Source: Macrostomum lignano (Eukaryota). From it: a DNA stretch of 64,000 nt. The translations under genes were made by a program, and so were the position numbers. Below are positions 51,601 to 64,000 of this stretch, in pieces (position 1 is the stretch's first letter; the number at the start of each line of letters is the position of its first letter). The stretch spans positions 558,001 through 622,000 of the forward strand of contig NIVC01000143.1 in assembly GCA_002269645.1 (NCBI GenBank), given 5' to 3'. A model generated the notes under the pieces. It worked only from the letters and a program-made list of their open reading frames with translations, ran no database searches and had not been told where the DNA came from.

Positions 51601-54333
51601 GGGGGGATTCGGTGTACGTATCTTTAGGCACTGCGATAAGCGTATGTTAAAGCAATTACAACTGTACTATTTTCACAGAGTGGACTATATGATAGAACAT
51701 TTTCTATTTCCAAGTTTTTTTACGAGCTACATTTATCAGAAGTACGAAGTTCTCCAGTGCACATTAGTTTTTATTAGTTTTCTTGCTTATTAAGTTTTCA
51801 AAGCTTCCTTAATTGCCACCATGGACCAACCCATAACACGAAACGGAAGGACATTGGTTAAACTATTTGTTGCCAACCTTCTGAAGCAAGCATCAAGTAA
51901 CCTTTCCTCCCGACTGGACTAGAAATTTGGCTTTGATTTTCTAAGAAATTGGCTATTTAAATACTTAAACAGATTTTAACAGTACTGTTAGTTTTCTCCA
52001 TTTCTCGTGTTGGGAGTCTCAGATTTTATTCTAGAAATATAATAGTTTTTAAAACGAGCTGACTTCAAGATTTGTTTACCCCTTTTCTAGCTCGTAACTA
52101 CTAGTATTAACAAGTTCTTGTTTGAGCATGATTTTAGATTCGAGAATGTCTGCAAAAACAGTTCCGGTGTTGGAATTCTGCCCGGATTCAACAGCTGTTA
52201 TTGTAGACTTATGTATGACTTATTTATGTATGTATGACTTATTGTAGACAACTGTGGTTGTAGACTTATAATAAAGAAAAGCCTAGGGAGGCAAGGCAAG
52301 AGAAGCTGGAGAACACTTGAACATGAGGCAGCCAAGACAATGGAATGCAGCAAGCAAGTAAGGGGCTAAGAGTGGAATGCAGCAACGGAGGCAAAAAAAT
52401 TACAGCAGCCACCATCCATTTCAAAGCTAACTGAAGCTCAAGGATGAGGCGGCTGACAGGCTCGAGCACCGACCGGAGAATATTAAATGAGCCCGGCACG
52501 GGGCCGCTCCTGGGAGGAGTCAGCGTGGCTTCAAAGACCGACAGCCACCCTTGACGAGCGTAGCAACCGAGGGATGAACGCGCGGACCGGGCCGCACAAG
52601 AGGACAGTGAAAGAACTCAGGACTGACTTCCCCCAAATGTTTGTGCAAAACTTGCCGTCGTTAACCACTCGACAACCCCCATCGACGGCAGGGAATGAAA
52701 TTGTGGGATATTTTTTAGAATAGACGGGAGCTCCGCCTCCAGGGGCACTTCTTTGCTCCTCGCTTTTAAAGAACCTAATTTCACAAACTGAAGTCCTACA
52801 TTCATTGGAGTTAACGACAAACTTGAGACAAGGAAGAGTATAACCAACAGCGATCTCGGTTTTAAGGTCTCTAAAATACAGCGGAATCCATTAGAACTAA
52901 ATTTAGAAGAAGGTATATCACTAAAAAAGGTTGTGAAGGACATTAGATCGTATGAAGTTTTCACAAGGCCTTTAACCGAATGAACTTATGACAAGTAACT
53001 TGATAGAAACTGTTTATGCATCAGATTTTAAGTATAACTTAGTTCAAATATGCTTAGATACATGTAGCTCGAACCGAATTTTATAAAAGTGTACGACTAA
53101 CAGTTTTGATTTTCATGTTTGGTTGAAAGTCAAAGTGAAAGTTTGGTTAATAAACTGCAGCATAAAGGTTTCATAGCTGAATTTTTTTATTTTGACTTTA
53201 TGCTCGACGACAATATAGTGACAAAGTAAACTATTGATTATTGAACGCTTGTATCGAGGATTTGTGCTTTCGCAAAATTACACGTATGTATAGGTACTGT
53301 TTATCATGTCATAATAAAACTGGGTAATAAATTCAAACTAGATGATGAGGACGCACTTTTTTCCAATTCCGCGCTAGCACATGGGCTCTAACTTACTAGC
53401 CTACTGACAGCAGGCTACGGGCATTTTTATCCTTTTTCTGCGAATTGTCATAGAATCTATACTAGATATAATGTTTGGTCATACTAGTAGTCATAATAAC
53501 ATAGCCGCAGCTTTTTGGGTCGTAAATAATCGTTTTCAAAGTTTGTCTGACAGCCACCTGCGCCTCACTCAGTGTTGAGGCGGGCGCCAGATGGTCTGAG
53601 GGGATGCGGGCGGTAGCTTTTTTCTCATCATTTTGACAGGCCATCAGATTAATGAGGTCAGAGCCTATTGTTCGGATTCACTCAAGCGTGTGACAGCTTT
53701 GACAGCTATGCGTTTTACCCCTAAAAGTATCTTGGGATTAGCGATTAGCGATTTCTCTTCATTATCTTCACTTTCTATTTAATAAGAGCTTTCTAATGTA
53801 TATTTTTTCATTAATTTCTGTCAATCCTACGCGAAAAGTCATAAATCATTTTGTTGCGATTTTGATTGATTTATGGCCGCGCCTGTCATCTTTTTACGAA
53901 CCTGTGGGAACTGATAGGATCTCCCGGTCACGTGATTCTGGGTAGCAACAAGCTTAGCCAATCAGAAAATTCGGCGCTCATTTTAACAAAACGGCTCAGC
54001 AAATCAGAATCGACGTGTTCCATTATAACATTATAACAAAGTGGTCCAGTTGGCGGCTATTTAAACCGGTGTTTTTGGCCCGCTCGGACCTCAACCGGCT
54101 CTCCCGCGCGGAGGAATCTTCCCGACATTTCTGGTTCCCGGAGCCCGACCGTCGTCTCTTGATCCCCGGATTGCGACTTCCCCCTCATCATCAAGGACGA
54201 GTCCCCCGGTCATCAGCAGCGAACATCAAAGTTAAGATCATCACCTGCTAGCTATCAGCGAAGATTGTGTCAGCATCATCCCGAGTCTACAGCTAGACCA
54301 ATGACACCCCAACAGCAAAAGAGACGAACAGCA

Positions 54334-55094
54334 TGTGACGTTGTCAGTTTAAAGTGGTTCCGCAAAAGGGCCGTTGGACTACAATTTCACTACAATTTCT
54401 CATTTAATATTCTCCAATCGTGTATTCTCACGTTTACTTGTAGTAGCGCCCAACGAATCTGTATCAATTGCTAATCATTGCGTACATTGTAATCTTTGCG
54501 TACGTCTGTAGGGTCTCGCACGATCAATAATTTCAGTTCTCACTTTTCCCCCGCCAGCCAATGAAAACTCTCCGCATTTATTATGCTAACCTTCCTGCGC
54601 TCCTTTATTAACACCGCCTGGCAGCGGGCTGGGGCTTTTCACTTTTCCTCCCTTTCCTTTCCTTCCTTCTTGCCCTCTCGCTTGTCTCTCCTTATCTCTC
54701 GCCACGGCTCCACCCTGTCTGGGCCAGACTTGTTTACGCATTCGTGCTCCACCTTGTACTGCCACGGGCTAGCGCCCAATCACGCCACTACTTGTCTATT
54801 TGCTACTCACTGCCACCACCGTACTCAGCGCCATCACTTGCCACTTTGCTTCACCCACATCCTTCATCATCTGCTTGACTTCATAACTTCAATTACATCA
54901 ACCCGTTGTTGCAGCCGCCAGTGCCCCAGAACACTATAACTCTTGTATTGACATTAATCATATTGATAACGACAATAAACGGTTTACGGCAGTCCTCTGC
55001 CATCATACGCCAAGTGCTTCCGCTACACAACCCACTCCGCAAGAGTTTGACTTCACCATTAATTGGGGACTACAACGACTACAAAAACGTGACA
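54334..55094. mobile_element. Solo LTR (761 bp) inserted in repeat B2 of the Ngaro element
   Basis: TGTGACG...CGTGACA termini with 4-bp TSD AGCA (54330-54333, 55095-55098). B1 shows the empty site GAACAGCAGGCAGG. Confidence 0.92.
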
Positions 55095-55627
55095 AGCAGG
55101 CAGGCAAAGGTCTATGGCCCGAAGCAGCGCGAGAGGTGGAGAAAGCGACCCCGTAGTAACGATAAGTTTTTTTAGCAAGCAAACGAGATTAAAAGAACAA
55201 ATAATGTGTTCAAAAAATTTTTGAGCTGCAAAGCCAAAGCGAGCGACGGGGCACAGAGGGCGACGTGCATATAAATAAGCGGGTGAGCAAACCCCCCACC
55301 CCACGGGGTTAGAGAGGACGGAGCACAAAGGCGGCACAATGTACAGCGCGAGGGGTGGATGGCTAACACCCATTTCACTCCAGGCTTACAAAAGAGCCTA
55401 AGAGAAATGGAGGCATTAACCATCACACCCCAACAGCAAAAGAGACGAACAGCAGGCAGGCAAAGGTCTATAGCCCGAAGCAGCGCGAGAGGTAGGGAAA
55501 GCGACCCCAACCCCGAAAAAGGAGAGAACAGGAAGATAAAAGCAAGGAGGCAGAAAAAGTAAGCGAAGCCAGGCCATAAACGCCAAGGTAAAACTCCAAA
55601 GGGTCAAAAAAACGAGCGAGTAAGCAG

Positions 55628-56716
55628 TCAAGAGGCCAGGCGGGCAGCGACTCGCCGAGCTGCCGCCCGACGGCGGGCCAAGGACGCCTCATCAGAGAAA
55701 TACCGAAAGACGCAGTCTGAACGCCAGTCGCCAATGCAACGGATGTCGGCGATTGAGAGGCCTGACTGAAAGGCGGCGCTGGCCCCGCCTCTACGCAGAC
55801 TGTGACCCGAGAAGCCGCACTCGCCAAAGCCGCACATAGACATGCCCCGCTTTAGGAGCCGGATGAACATAGCGGCAGACAAGAGAGTCCGGCCGCGGCT
55901 GCCTAGGACAGAAAACAGGGGCTGCTGCGACGCGCAGATTTGATTCTCGCGCAGATGAGTTGCTAGTGCGGAAGCGGGACAGATAAGCAGGCATTCAGAG
56001 GCCTGCGGCAGAAAAACTTCCAGTTGCCGCTCCTTGAATTGGTTTGTTTTTGACCTGCTGAGCACCAGCCGCAGACCACCGGGGCACGCTGATAGGCAGC
56101 TCCAGGGAAGAGCGTCCGCAGCGGTGGATGGTAAGAGCTCGCCGAGCCTAAGGACTCCCCACCAGGCCACCAGCAATGCTGCCTTGAAGGCGGCCAGCAG
56201 ACGGGGCGGCAGCAAATGACGTAGCTCGGTGGAGCTGCAGAGCAGGCGGAGGTGGCTGGGCTTCAGCGGCGTCGCACGCCGAGGCTGCCGGCTCAGAAGA
56301 CGCCGAGCCCCGCGACACACGAGAGCCAGGCGAGCGCTGCCCTTGGTCGGGTCTGGCGACGCGGAAGCCCTATGTAGGAAAGACACCGCGCTGAGGCTTG
56401 ACTGCACACTGGAGTAGGACGCCGGTCCACGTTGTACCAGGAACGAAACAAATTGGTAGACATCAGACTCGGAGGTGGCGGTCGCGGGAATTCGACGCTG
56501 CCGACAGGATTCGTTCCAGACTTGTAGGTGGCTCGCATAGGACTTCCTGGAACTAGGCGCTAGTGACAGGCGGCACAGAGCGGACACAGACACGGTGGAG
56601 CGGAGCGGAGCGCGGCTGCGACCTGTGAATGAAGAGCGGTGCGAGACACGGCAGAAATGGTGTGGGAAGCAAATTCGAAAGGGCAAATGCATAAAGAGCC
56701 GTAAAGACGGTAGCAA
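55628..56716 (-). CDS. Tyrosine recombinase (Ngaro ORF3), apparently intact
   Basis: Catalytic residues LRLGE (R), SKTNQ (K), GHSLRRGG (HxxR), GDWRSD (W) and FRY (Y). The exact start is uncertain because it overlaps the RNase H region. Confidence 0.93.
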   Translation of the reverse strand: MLPSLRLFMHLPFRICFPHHFCRVSHRSSFTGRSRAPLRSTVSVSALCRLSLAPSSRKSYASHLQVWNESCRQRRIPATATSESDVYQFVSFLVQRGPASYSSVQSSLSAVSFLHRASASPDPTKGSARLALVCRGARRLLSRQPRRATPLKPSHLRLLCSSTELRHLLPPRLLAAFKAALLVAWWGVLRLGELLPSTAADALPWSCLSACPGGLRLVLSRSKTNQFKERQLEVFLPQASECLLICPASALATHLRENQICASQQPLFSVLGSRGRTLLSAAMFIRLLKRGMSMCGFGECGFSGHSLRRGGASAAFQSGLSIADIRCIGDWRSDCVFRYFSDEASLARRRAAARRVAARLAS

Positions 56717-58272
56717 AAATTAATGAGCTCTCTGCTCGAGCCCCCCATTCTAGAAGCGGAGTCGCTCAGCAGCTGCATCTGGCCAGGAAGGTGAAACGCC
56801 TGGAGCTGAATTCCCGACGTGAGGCACACGAGAGCAACGGTCTGATAGATGCGGATGAGCGAGGATGCCGACAGGACAGCTTATTGACCATGCCGCGGCA
56901 GCAGTGCTATCCGAGTAAATCACCACGCGGCTGTTCCTAAGCTGCTCGCGGAAGCGCAGGATGGTAAGCAGCGGAGCCAGCGCCTCTTTGTGGTTGATAT
57001 GAAGGTCGCGGAACTTGCTCTCGAAGTCCTTCTCCCAGCTGAAGTACGTCCAGTCATTGAATTCGCTGCCAAAGACGATGCCAGCAGCACCCTCGCAACT
57101 GCTATCAGATTCGATGGCCACAAGTTGACGAAAACCGGGGCGAATGACCGTCGGCGGCAGAGAGCTCACGATATGCCGCCACCAGAGGAAGAGGTTGCGA
57201 AGCTCAGATGGCAGCCGGGTATCCATTCTGTAGCTGAGGATGTCGAAGAGCGGGCGCAGGAAAGGACGCAAAAGCCTGTTGATCTGGTTGAGCCAGCACA
57301 ACTTTCCGGCCAGTTTTTCGAGCTGCTTCAGCTTAACAGCGTCACGTGACAGGCAATCGTTCAGCAGTTTCCGAATGTCGTTTTTCTTGTTGCTTGGAAG
57401 TGACAGGGTGCCGTTCACAGTGTCAACCAGCACGCCGAGAAACACAACGTGTTGAGCTGGAGCCACGGTCTTCTTGATGTCGAAGCCTAAGTTCTGCAGC
57501 AGATCAACCAGATAATTTAAGGCCTCCTGAGCCGCTTCTTCAGTATCAGCGGCTACTGCCCAGTCGTCCAAGTGTTGACGGTAGCTGTGAAGCCAATGCT
57601 GAGCATGTGGCGCTTGATGCAGGCCGATAAGCGATGGAAAATTTCACATGATGCTCGAGCATCAAAGGGCAACCGGGTGTCAACGAGCACCGAGTCTTCG
57701 CTGTCGGCAGCAAACCGCCAGCTGAGGCCCGTGAGCACCTGGTCGTCTGGGTGAATACCGACGGAACGATAGGCCTGCTTGAGGTCGATTTTGCCGATAA
57801 ACGAGCTTGGGCGAAGATAGCGGGTCAGGTCTTGGACAGAGGCGAAGCGCAGCCTCATTTCCTGCTCATAGCTGTCGTTGACGGAGGACCTCAAAGGTCT
57901 AGAAAGGTCATGAATAACCCGGACACTGCCGTCAGATTTTGGAATCGCCCCGATGGCGTTCACCATGACAGGGCCATTGGCGAGCTGCAGGCGGCCGAGA
58001 CGGAGCTCCTCGGCGAGCTGTTCATCAAGCTGATTGGCTTGGTCCAAGGCTGAGCGGTAGTTGGCGGAGCAGGCAAGAGAAGGCGGCAACCTATTGACGA
58101 GCCGAAAGCCGTAACTAAGGTCGTTGCGAAGAAAATTTTCGTCTTGGTCACCCAGAAGCAGCGGCTCCCAGGCGGCCAGGTTCATGTCGGACGACAGAGC
58201 GCGGCGCGGTGGAGAGAGCAGGGTGGGAGCTGGGCAATGAGTAGGGGGAGGCAAGATAAAAGGCGACGGCAA
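56600..58272 (-). pseudogene. RT/RNase H (Ngaro ORF2) with frameshifts
   Basis: IGAIPKSDG..RVIHDLSRP, KIDLKQAYR and DTRLPF. YLDD is broken by a 1-nt loss near 57575 (AAC-AC-TTG-GAC-GAC). RNase H motifs ESDSS, HINHKEAL, YSDST and HLPG..LLSDSASR. Confidence 0.92.
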
Positions 58273-58297
58273 ACGGGGGTTAAAAGCAGGGCGGCTA

Positions 58298-59367
58298 TTA
58301 AAAATATCTAGTTTTTTGCTCCCTCCACAGCGTCGCCGCCGACGCTGGCCGGACGGTGCTGGTGCGCGGGGGTTGCGGCCGGCCGCATTCGCGCAGCTTG
58401 CAGACGTGACGGTACCTACAGGAGGACCGCTGGCAGCCGGCAGGGGAGTTGTAGCTTAGGCAGATGGGAGCTTGCGACTGGTTGGATGCTGGTCTGCTCA
58501 GGGTGACTTTTAAGTTTCTTGGTGCGTTAAGGTGTCGTTGGTACAGCTGTGGAGGCTCGCAGCCCCATCGATGCGAATCCGAGTCTGCGATCAACTTTCT
58601 GTAATCCTCATCGAATTCCCACACGACACTTGGACTGTAGTTAGCATCTAAGAGCTAGCCGAGTACTCCAGATAGCCTTTTAGTTCGTCAACATTGACAG
58701 ATCCGTCCTCATTAATGTGAATCAGCGACCCATCATCAACTAGTCGAAGCAAAATCTTAGAGTTCCCTGCAATCCACTGGCCGACAGAGATTTTCCCCAA
58801 GCTGGGTGGCTGCTTCTTAAAGACCAGGTTGCCGTTCTCCATGCAGGCTGTGAGGCTCTCATTAGATTGATTAGAACTGGGCTTGACAAAATCGCGAATC
58901 AGATAAGCCCTGCTAGGCTTTTTGTCACACTGGCTTCTGCCGGGATCTGTAAGAGCGCCGCCTAACAAAAACGCCTCATGCAAGCCAGCATTTTCTCTCC
59001 GCTCACCTTGTTGTGGAGGTTCCTGAGACCGGTGATTCTGCGACTGATTGAGCTCGCTTTGCAGTTGTGCGCGGCGCCGAGTCAGAGCTTCAATCTCCAG
59101 CTGCTCGACCTCCTTCCTCAGAGCCGCCAGGTCGCTCGCCGCGCTCCCTGAAGCTCCGTGTCCACCCGTCGAATGTCCACCGTCGATGGTGTCTGAGTTG
59201 AGGCTTGCGTCGTGACTTTTTGCTGCAGCTGGATACTCAGACATAGCACGCAGGTGTCTGTGTAGACGCTCATAGAGTTGTTGTAATTTACGACCAGCTT
59301 GTGAGAGGCCTCGCTAAGCTAGCTCTTGTTTGAGCTGTTTAATTGTAAAATTGCGTGCACTTTCCAT
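58298..59367 (-). pseudogene. gag-like ORF1 (N-terminal SAP-like motif, C-terminal Cys/His finger) with one stop and one frameshift
   Basis: MESARNFTIKQLKQELA*RGLSQAGRKLQQLYERL is in frame with ORF 58648..59244 (YLIRDFV, ISVGQWIAGN). It continues as WEFDEDYR...WG and ICLSYN..GC.R.SCRYRHVC. Confidence 0.85.
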
Positions 59368-59579
59368 GATGGTAAAAATTTTGAGCTGCAAAGCCAAAGC
59401 GAGAGACGGGGCACAGAGGGCGGCGTGCATATAAATAAGCGGGTGAGCAAACCCCCCAACCCACGGGGGTAGAGAGGACGGAGCACAAAGGCGGCACAAT
59501 GTACAGCGCGAGGGGTGGATGGCAACACCCATTTCACTCCAGGCTCACAAAAGAGCCTAAGAGAAATTGAGTCATCAAA

Positions 59580-60003
59580 CAGGCTCTTCCACTCATTCCA
59601 CGGCGTCGTTGATGGTCCCGGTTGAGGCAGGAATTGCTCTGGTGGCGAGATGTTGATCCTTGGCACCTCCGATGTGCTAGGAGCTGTCGCTGACTGAGAC
59701 ATTCTGATCACTGTGTACTTTTGCGGTTTGGCGCTTGTTAAAGGCGGCCTTTACGGCTGGGCTGGCACTCAACTTGTTAGTGAAAACTCAAAACCCCAAA
59801 TTGTGGGGGGTTTGGCCTAGCTTGCGACGCCAATGTTGTGTTGAGAGAGTCAGACTGATTTTTGGGGTACACACGAACTTAGACCAAGTTGGCCATCCGA
59901 CTGGTATAATTTATACTTTGATATTTACTTAGCTGCGACCGATCAATATCGGCAAAGAGATGTACATAGCAGATGTACATCTCTGCAAACCAACTACAAA
60001 ACA
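59580..60003 (-). mobile_element. 5' end of a Mag-like Gypsy element: short LTR (59834 to ~59998/60003), PBS and gag start
   Basis: TG...CA-bounded ~165-bp LTR followed (minus strand) by PBS-like TGGCGTCGCAAG (59821-59832) and gag N-terminus PPEQFLPQPGPSTTPWNEWKSLF, truncated at Ngaro repeat A1. Confidence 0.72.
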
Positions 60004-60146
60004 CAATAGTGTCGGCCAGTTTTCGGCTTTGGCTTTTCTGAGTCTTGGAAGCTTTAGGGTACCAGCTGATGTAATAGTTCATGTTGTTCTCAATCCCATT
60101 CCACTGCCGCTTTTATCTAATGTGCCTAAGCCTAGTGCTTTTAGTG

Positions 60147-60825
60147 CAGGGGTCAGCAAGCTTTTTACCTCAAGGGCCGGATTGAGAACAGCGCGACTGC
60201 CCTCTGCATGGGTCCGCTTTGCTGGCCCCCTAAGCAAAATGCGCGCCCAGGAGTCCCTGATGACTGCGGGCTATAGGGAGAGAGGATGAGAAATAAAGAA
60301 CAGAAATACGAGCGCAGGAGAATGGAGAGGCGAAGGAATAAAGGAGAGGAGAGGAGAAAGGTGAGGAGATGAGAGAACAGAAGAGAGGTGAGGAAATTAG
60401 AGGAGAGGAGACTAGAGGAGAGGAGAGGAGAGGATAGGAAAAGAAAGGAGAGAGGTGAGGAGATGAGAGGAGAGGATAGGAAAGGAGAGGAGATGAGAGG
60501 AGAGGAGAGAGAAGTGAGGAGAGGTGGGGAGATGAGAGGAAAGGAGAGAGGATAGGAGATGAGAAGAGAGGAGAGGAGAGGAGAGGAAAGGAGAGAGGAG
60601 AGGAGATAGGTAAGGAGATGAGAGGAGAGAAGAGAGGTGAGGAGAGGAGATTAGAGGAGAATATGAGAAGAGAGAGGTGAGGGAAGAGAGATGAGAAGAG
60701 ACACAAACATCGAGCGGGGCGGATTGCCATTGTGAAGATTCAAATTAAGGACCCAATTAAGGCCTGGATGGAGAGGCTTTGCGGGGCCACATTTTGCCTC
60801 TCAGGCCGGAGTTTGCCAACCCCTG
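60147..60825. mobile_element. Non-autonomous hAT (Charlie-like) element with GA-rich interior
   Basis: TIRs CAGGGGTCAGCAAGCT / AGTTTGCCAACCCCTG and 8-bp TSD TTTTAGTG / TTTTAGTA (7/8 match). Confidence 0.85.
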
Positions 60826-61822
60826 TTTTAGTATTTAGCCCTTTTACTTTGGCATCTCTGATCGAAATTCCGAGTCCGCCGCAATCCCAAAGACTTAAAC
60901 CGCTTCTGGCGCTGCAACTAAAAGCACTAAAATGCCGTCAGATACATGTAAAAGAATAAAGAGTCAGCGCCAAGAGGAACTGAAGGAGGCAGCCAAGAGA
61001 TCCAGAAAATTACTGGTCTTGCCCTGGCAATTTTCATGCATTAATTTGAGATATTTACTAAATACATGTAAATTGATAGTGCAGTAGTGCAGTGCGCAAT
61101 GTTTGAATTTGTTGAAAATTCGAATATTTTTCACACTGGCCACTTTCAACACAGATTGAATATTGGCCTGGTTGTCACAATTAATGTCGCAAACTGACAT
61201 AACAGCAGTAGTTAGGGTTGCCCTTAGATTAAAAAAATCATGTTCAATGTGCCCTTCCACCAAAAGCCCCCCCCCACTTTAAATATGTTCCGACACCACT
61301 GGCAGCACAAGTAATTAACTGCGTGCAACTGAGTTTACATGTAGTACAATTATTAAGGAAGGGAAGAACTCTCGCAGGAAAACCTCGCTGCAGGAAAATC
61401 TCGGCGGGGAAATCGCAGTGGAAAATCTCCAGTGGGAATAAAACCCGCCGCTGCGGGAAAACCTCCTGCGGGAAAACCTCGCTGCGGGATAAACTCCCGC
61501 GAGAAAAACTTCTGCGGGGCCTCGCTGCGGAAAAGCTCGCGGGGGAAAACTGCGAGAAAACCTCGCTGTTGGAAGAGGAAAACTTTCTGTAGGCAATTCT
61601 TGTGTTCTCGGATAGACTAACAACTCAGATTAATTTGCAATTATTCCGACTCAAAAAGACGGATTAACGGAAATTAGATTACCACATACTAACAGCATTT
61701 ATAATAAAGTGTATTTATCTGCCAAATAAAGACAATTTTGTTTCAAATGCAGAAAGAAAAGTTTAAGAATTTCTTTTACTCTAGGGCACAAAACGGGCAC
61801 ATGTTTAACTTTTTCGAAATGA

Positions 61823-62495
61823 TCTCTACATATAAAAATCAAAACTCTGTCTGTCTGTGTGTGGACAATTTTGATCGCTATGGACTCCCAAACCGCTCAA
61901 CCAAATGACACCAAATTTTACACCCACCCTAAACTCACTACGGAGAATGTCTTAGGCTACCTTTAAATTTCCTAAATTTGAGTATTCCTACCTAAAAGTG
62001 CAAAAAACTGCTCAAAATGCGCGATTTTTTTACTAAAGCCTCCTTAGCGCCGCTCCACTTCTACCGATCCTCTTCAAATTTAACACAATTGATCTTCAAC
62101 TATTTTGGCACAATCGTGTAAAATTTCGAGTCGGAAAGTTAATCCTGAAAGGCGCTGTGCACTTTTAAAGTTAGGCTGTTTTTTTCAGCGAGGCAGCCAC
62201 CCCAACCTCCGCCCGCCTGCCTCTCTTTCCCGATCTGGGCCCAGATGTGTAAAAGGGTTTCAAAATTGACTAACTTTCAGCTGCCATAAGTTTGCTCCAC
62301 GTAAAGCGATTGACTTTAAACTTGACACAATTCTTCATTGACTCATTTTCTATCTAAATGTAAAGTTTCAACTCTGTAACTCAACCGAAAAAGAAACTGT
62401 AAGCATGTGAAGTTTGTCTGCTTTTTCTGTTGTTTGTGCCACTCACTCACTCATTCCCCCAGAGCCAGACGAAGGGTCAGGCGATAGGACTAAAT
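61823..62495 (+). mobile_element. Probable non-autonomous Helitron-like repeat
   Basis: A|TC start, TATAAAAATC...CTGTCTGTCTGT microsatellite and AAACCGCTCAACCAAATGACACCAAATTT motif typical of invertebrate Helitron-N elements. The 3' end is degenerate. Confidence 0.45.
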
Positions 62496-62908
62496 GTACA
62501 TAGCAAATGTACAGTGTTTTGGAATAACTTTATTTATAGCCTTCTCTGCACCCCGAGAGTGGAGAGGCTACGTTTAGCCATAACAGTTTAGTGAGAAACT
62601 CTAACCACTGTCCTCTGTATTGGCAAACTCTGCAGCAGTTTAACAGTGGATGGCAATTGGCAAATCGAGGGAATCCAGCATGATTTGTAAAAGCGAAAGA
62701 TTTATGAAAAGGCGATGCAATGCAATACAACCCTACTAAATTAGTCACACCATAGAAATTTTAGGTTTCTCTTAAAAAGTACTTTAAATTTTAAATGTCC
62801 TCCTAAGAAATGCTTATTTCCTTGGTTGTTAGACTGATGCAGACTGCAGTGGAACTGAAAATACACAAATTCCTTTCAGGACTTCAAATTGGCAAGAAAA
62901 ATGACGTG

Positions 62909-64000
<1,092 letters not shown>

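Larger units (their letters stand above)
54297..59579 (-). mobile_element. Ngaro-type tyrosine-recombinase (DIRS-order) retrotransposon with split direct repeats A1-ORFs-B1-A2-B2
   Basis: A1 ~59374-59579 and A2 ~55213-55420. B1 ~55419-55508 and B2 54297-54333 plus 55095-55152. Contains gag, RT/RNase H and YR ORFs, and no methyltransferase domain was seen. Confidence 0.92.

Noticed and set aside
53930-54296. Promoter-like cluster (CACGTG, CCAAT, TATTTAAA) beside the Ngaro 3' end; also tested as a continuation of the split gag or the missing piggyBac end
   Set aside because: No downstream ORF, and it matches neither the expected gag continuation nor the piggyBac terminus.

Overview
Eukaryotic (invertebrate animal) genomic DNA. 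GC-rich spliced exons are embedded in AT-rich, minisatellite-filled introns and spacers; the overall style resembles a flatworm such as Macrostomum (inference only). From left to right: (1) the 3' part of a multi-exon + strand gene with an EF-hand-like C-terminus and one GC-AG intron; (2) an internally inverted LINE RT fragment, a single-exon secreted PAN/LamG-like gene and a decayed Gypsy integrase; (3) a five-gene minus-strand housekeeping cluster (TPRKB/CGI-121, a Met-less CINP-like ORF, ATPSCKMT/FAM173B, KXD1, DNAJC24) that looks like a trans-spliced operon; (4) a non-autonomous hAT element and an orphan ORF; (5) two tandem GGCT-like genes with a cytochrome-b5-like C-terminal extension; (6) a nested transposon zone (40-64 kb) with a piggyBac relic, two solo LTRs with 4-bp TSDs, duplicated Helitron helicase relics, a near-complete Ngaro-type tyrosine-recombinase retrotransposon with split direct repeats, Gypsy gag fragments and hAT MITEs. 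Most long ORFs in the supplied track are microsatellite artefacts. Top lead: a 266-codon ORF with no ATG that begins in phase 0 after a splice acceptor inside the operon-like cluster, which fits a spliced-leader-donated AUG.
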